20,000 nucleotides of DNA from the IMG/VR virus record IMGVR_UViG_3300042568_000222; one strand, written 5' to 3'. Below are positions 17,119 through 20,000 of the stretch, piece after piece. How positions within the stretch are numbered: position 1 is the stretch's first letter; each line of letters starts with the position of its first letter. The translations under genes were made by a program, and so were the position numbers. Source of the stretch: an uncultured virus (IMG/VR IMGVR_UViG_3300042568_000222) (Duplodnaviria; Heunggongvirae; Uroviricota; Caudoviricetes; Crassvirales). The notes under the pieces were generated by a model. The model had not been told where the DNA came from and made no database searches. It was given only the letters and a program-made list of their open reading frames with translations.

Positions 17119-17900
17119 ACGCGGTAGACGAGGTAGTCGTCGTTAAATGATTTCTCTTCGGACAGGTACTTCTTGATACGTGCTACGGCATCTCTGAACT
17201 TTACCTCGCCTCGGAAGATGGTGTCTTCTGTGCATTCTACGAGTGCAGGAAGGTATGGGTATGTCTTCTCTTGTGCAACCCAGTAGAACCTTTCGATGCC
17301 AGTCATGGCTGTGTAGAGATAGGCTTGGATGTCGTAGCCAAAGCTATTCACATCCCAACGGAATCCGTCTACGCTGCGTGTGCTTTTGCTGTCTACGATG
17401 TGGTGTTTGCACAAGCAGTCAAGCACCCCCTTAACCAATACGCCATCTAAGATTTCCTTAGTCATCATGACCTGGTACTGCCCGTTCATGTATTCAGATA
17501 CCAGCTTGCAATCGTTCAGGCGGTCGATCATTTCGTTCGCCATCTGCCAGTCTTCAGGAGAGCAAATCACCTTCCCTTCCGCTGCGTATTCGTCTACTAG
17601 TGCTGCCTTTGCCTCCTTGTATTCGTTGGTAGCTGATGGGCTTTTCATAGACTTTGTCTTGTCAGAGCATCGCTCCAAGATGACATCGTTATTTAGTACA
17701 ACGTACGTGTTGAATGCTTTGTCCCGTTCAAACAGAAGCATATCGTACATCGTGCCAAAGCGGAGTGCATCTGATTCCTTCTGCAAACTTCCGCTCATGT
17801 ACAAATCAAACAGCTTCATGTCCTTCAGGGCATTCTTTACGCTGCTGTATGAGAGGTGTGGCTTGTTGTACTTCTCCTGAAGTACCTCGTGCAGAATCAT
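17115..17900 (-). CDS. RecE/DUF3799-like PD-(D/E)XK exonuclease
   Basis: HLSYSSVK, ALRFGT, KGVLD...IVDSKST, YDIQAYLY and F.WVAQEKTYPY motifs. Confidence 0.85.
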   Translation of the reverse strand: MILHEVLQEKYNKPHLSYSSVKNALKDMKLFDLYMSGSLQKESDALRFGTMYDMLLFERDKAFNTYVVLNNDVILERCSDKTKSMKSPSATNEYKEAKAALVDEYAAEGKVICSPEDWQMANEMIDRLNDCKLVSEYMNGQYQVMMTKEILDGVLVKGVLDCLCKHHIVDSKSTRSVDGFRWDVNSFGYDIQAYLYTAMTGIERFYWVAQEKTYPYLPALVECTEDTIFRGEVKFRDAVARIKKYLSEEKSFNDDYLVYRV

Positions 17901-18475
17901 CGTACGAACTTTTTAAGGGATGCCTTCTGCGCGTCAGTCAACTTCTCACCATAGTGCTTCATAACTGATTCGTATGCCTCCTGACGATCACGTGCGGCCT
18001 TCAGGTAGTTTACGGCTTTGTCCATGATTGACTCTTCCTTCGCTGGTGCGGGTGCAGGGGCAGCCTTGACTTCGGGTTCCTTCCCGTGCGTGTTGGTGCT
18101 GTCACTGTCCTTTGTGTCGTCGATCAAGAACAATCCATTGAGTGCGTACTTGCGTGCATACGACGATGCAGCACCTGTAATTTGGCTTGCGTCCATGCCC
18201 TTCTTGGTTTCCTCCTCGCGGGCAAACGCTTCTGTGTACACCCCTTCGCTCTCTTCGTTGGCGAGGTACGCTGTGGCTTTGACGTAGATACGTCCACCCA
18301 CCTCTTGCACGGAATCGCTGAGTGACAGGGTGAGTCCGTGTTCAGCAAGCAGGGGCTTAACTGATTCGAGGATGTCCTCGCATGAGCGATACTTGTAATT
18401 CCCGAAGTTGTTGAACTGACCTTTGGGGGCCTTGAGTTGTGCTTGCACGGCAAGCAGTTGAGAATGAATCTTCAT
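17897..18475 (-). CDS. erf: ERF family single-strand annealing protein
   Basis: LKAPKGQFNNFGNYKYRSCEDI, AFAREEE.KKGMD.SQITGAASSYARKYALNGLF.IDD.KD.D. Confidence 0.92.
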   Translation of the reverse strand: MKIHSQLLAVQAQLKAPKGQFNNFGNYKYRSCEDILESVKPLLAEHGLTLSLSDSVQEVGGRIYVKATAYLANEESEGVYTEAFAREEETKKGMDASQITGAASSYARKYALNGLFLIDDTKDSDSTNTHGKEPEVKAAPAPAPAKEESIMDKAVNYLKAARDRQEAYESVMKHYGEKLTDAQKASLKKFVR

Positions 18476-18542
18476 TGAAATGAATTAAAATGACGCTGCA
18501 AGTTGCAGCAGTTGTTTGTTGTATGAAAGTCTTTAACCTTTT

Positions 18543-18701
18543 TTAGGCTTCAAGCAGTTCTTCTAGTTCCTCTAAAGTAAAGGTGGCCTCGGCAACGGCC
18601 ATGCGCACTGAATCGTCTGTACGAGTGAAGGCAAGATGGTAAGATGGGGTGATGTACTCGACACCCCCGCGAGAATAGTAAAAGACCAATTCCTGTTCCA
18701 T
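18543..18701 (-). CDS. Hypothetical protein (52 aa)
   Basis: Likely start MEQELVFYY at 18701 after A-rich aaataaaATG, rather than the longer ORF call. Confidence 0.6.
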   Translation of the reverse strand: MEQELVFYYSRGGVEYITPSYHLAFTRTDDSVRMAVAEATFTLEELEELLEA

Positions 18702-18702
18702 T

Positions 18703-18798
18703 TTATTTATCTTTAGATTCCTTGAATTTCTCTGCAAGCCATACGGCAAGAGCCAAGGTAAGCATGAGTGTCAACTCATTCTTTAACAAAGACTCCAT
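18703..18798 (-). CDS. Unannotated 31-aa microprotein
   Basis: MESLLKNELTLMLTLALAVWLAEKFKESKDK*; bridges the gap between the MazG-like gene and the 52-aa gene. Alternative start at the internal Met. Confidence 0.4.
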   Translation of the reverse strand: MESLLKNELTLMLTLALAVWLAEKFKESKDK

Positions 18799-19111
18799 TT
18801 ATTGTGACTCCTTTTCTGTCCTTGATGGTTTTGTATGCTTCTGCCAAGCACTCTTCAGGATTGAGTCCTAGCTGATAGGAAAGGATGATGATAGTGACAA
18901 GCACGTCACCAATGGAGTCGATGGTGTCGTCCTTTTTGTTCTTGTTGATGGCTCTGCACAATTCGCCGAGTTCTTCCATCACCTTCATCGTCTGCCCCTG
19001 AATGTTGTTCTTGTTGATCAGGTTCCTGCTCACTGCCCAGTCAAACACAGCCCGATCCAAATCCCCCCAAGTCATATTCGATTCCATTTGCTTTTTATTC
19101 TTCGTCCACAT
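18776..19111 (-). CDS. MazG-like nucleotide pyrophosphohydrolase
   Basis: WA..RNL....Q.MKVMEELGEL...DSIGDVLVT...ECLAEAY..IKDRKG..INGVFVKE. The start may be 19087. Confidence 0.88.
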   Translation of the reverse strand: MWTKNKKQMESNMTWGDLDRAVFDWAVSRNLINKNNIQGQTMKVMEELGELCRAINKNKKDDTIDSIGDVLVTIIILSYQLGLNPEECLAEAYKTIKDRKGVTINGVFVKE

Positions 19112-19124
19112 TGTGAATCAATTA

Positions 19125-19155
19125 CAAAGATAATGATTAATCGTTGTCGTACAAA
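19125..19155 (-). promoter_or_regulatory. Bacteroidota primary-sigma promoter
   Basis: TTTG-tacgacaacgattaatcat(19 nt)-TATCTTTG upstream of the MazG-like gene. Confidence 0.75.
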
Positions 19156-19370
19156 AATGATATGCCGTATTCATACAACATATTATTTATTTTCTCACGT
19201 GTGTACAGGCATTCTTCTCGTGCATCGTCAGACAGATCTTCTTTGTGCTTGTATCTCACCCGCAGTCCCTCTACCAGGTCGTGAAGCATCAACGCCATTT
19301 TGGCTCCGTTCACTGCACGATTGAACTCAGATTCATGTTCAGGCAGTTCAAATTCCATTGTTACTTTCAT
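19137..19370 (-). CDS. Hypothetical phage protein (77 aa)
   Basis: MKVTMEFELPE...EF..A.NG start resembles a common small aquatic-phage family; A-rich start context. Confidence 0.7.
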   Translation of the reverse strand: MKVTMEFELPEHESEFNRAVNGAKMALMLHDLVEGLRVRYKHKEDLSDDAREECLYTREKINNMLYEYGISFLYDND

Positions 19371-19433
19371 GTTTGTATCTGCTTGTTAATTAGTTAGTTA
19401 TTTCCACAGAAGGAAACGCATTTCCCTCTGTCG

Positions 19434-19488
19434 AATAGTCACCAGCCAGAGTCGCAATAGTCACCAGCTAGAGTTAATAGTCACCAGC
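19434..19488. repeat. Three direct 13-bp repeats AATAGTCACCAGC
   Basis: Identical copies at 19434, 19456 and 19476 (periods 22 and 20 bp). Confidence 0.95.
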
Positions 19489-19494
19489 CTCTTT

Positions 19495-19588
19495 AGGTAG
19501 ACCATCAAGCCATACGTTCAGTAGTTCAACCAATCCGTTGAAGGTAGACCATCAAGCCATACGTTCAGTAGTTCAACCAATCCGTTGA
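19495..19588. repeat. Perfect 47-bp tandem duplication
   Basis: AGGTAGACCATCAAGCCATACGTTCAGTAGTTCAACCAATCCGTTGA at 19495-19541 and 19542-19588. Confidence 0.97.
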
Positions 19589-19703
19589 CATCGTCGTCTA
19601 CGATGGAGCCAATGATTTTCCCATCCACAAAGACATTGTAACCATAGGTATCGCAGCACCCATCGTCGCAAGTGTAGTGGTATTCCTCAATGGTTATTTT
19701 CAT
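19518..19703 (-). CDS. Hypothetical protein (61 aa) with YxCxDGCC motif; C-terminus altered by the duplication
   Basis: MKITIEEYHYTCDDGCCDTYG...; overlaps the upstream ORF by a few codons. Confidence 0.7.
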   Translation of the reverse strand: MKITIEEYHYTCDDGCCDTYGYNVFVDGKIIGSIVDDDVNGLVELLNVWLDGLPSTDWLNY

Positions 19704-19869
19704 TTCTCGTTTTGTTGTTACAGCAATCTTTCTCTTTTACCACAAGGTAATCGCAGTCAGCGCACCACATATAGGTAGGGTCGTAATCCTTGCGTAGGAT
19801 AGCCATAGCTTCGTTGGCTTTCTCGTCGTTGCCTGTCTCGGCAAGCGAAATCAGTTGCTGTTCGTTCAT
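19687..19869 (-). CDS. Hypothetical protein (60 aa) with CxxC...CC motif
   Basis: WCADCD...DCC could bind metal; start lies 2 nt after the upstream stop. Confidence 0.65.
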   Translation of the reverse strand: MNEQQLISLAETGNDEKANEAMAILRKDYDPTYMWCADCDYLVVKEKDCCNNKTRNENNH

Positions 19870-19871
19870 TG

Positions 19872-20000
19872 TTATTTCTCTTTGGTGTCTACTTTTATAA
19901 TCCTATCCAAGAGTTCTGCAAGTTCTGCTGCGTTGTCAATAGACCAGCCAGTGGTTCGTAATACGAAGAACCCATGATGAAGATCAAACGGATTCTGATA
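19872..20000 (-). CDS. Hypothetical protein, 3' end only
   Basis: Open frame from the window edge: YQNPFDLHHGFFVLRTTGWSIDNAAELAELLDRIIKVDTKEK*. Confidence 0.6.
   Translation of the reverse strand, partial: YQNPFDLHHGFFVLRTTGWSIDNAAELAELLDRIIKVDTKEK

Noticed and set aside
19434..19488. Chi-like sites (GCTGGTGA on the minus strand)
   Set aside because: One mismatch to E. coli Chi (GCTGGTGG), and Chi is taxon-specific; the host appears to be Bacteroidota.
19434..19588. CRISPR or mini-array
   Set aside because: The 13-bp repeats have only 9- and 7-bp spacers, the 47-bp copies have no spacer, and there are no cas genes.
1..20000. Stop-codon reassignment as in some crAss-like phages
   Set aside because: Genes tile the window densely and intact under the standard code, and no fragmented genes are seen.

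Overview
Segment of a lytic-type tailed dsDNA phage genome, very probably infecting Bacteroidota/Flavobacteriia. The host inference rests on three exact TTTG-N19/20-TAnnTTTG promoters, A-rich start contexts without Shine-Dalgarno motifs, and an SSB-like protein ending in DLPF. The left half (+ strand, 1-11029) is a late/virion module. It holds a 5'-truncated giant polyvalent protein (GrpE-like segment, HExxH zincin motif, LPD38-like C-terminus), a holin, an unexpected signal-peptide-bearing M43 (pappalysin-like) metalloprotease with a dockerin-like tail, a 1130-aa mosaic protein with an AT-rich core, and a 49-aa basic protein. The right half (- strand, 11083-20000) is a DNA metabolism module: class II RNR, PD-(D/E)XK nuclease, endonuclease I-like resolvase, primase-helicase, DUF3310, SSB-like protein, RecE-like exonuclease, ERF recombinase, MazG-like protein and small ORFs. 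The most notable unexplained signals are (1) a complete promoter / ~75-nt non-coding transcript / terminator unit at the junction of the two modules (candidate phage sRNA), (2) the protease translationally coupled to the holin, (3) unannotated microproteins, and (4) a 47-bp tandem duplication plus three 13-bp repeats that rewrite a gene end. All family calls come from recognising motifs by eye; no searches were run.
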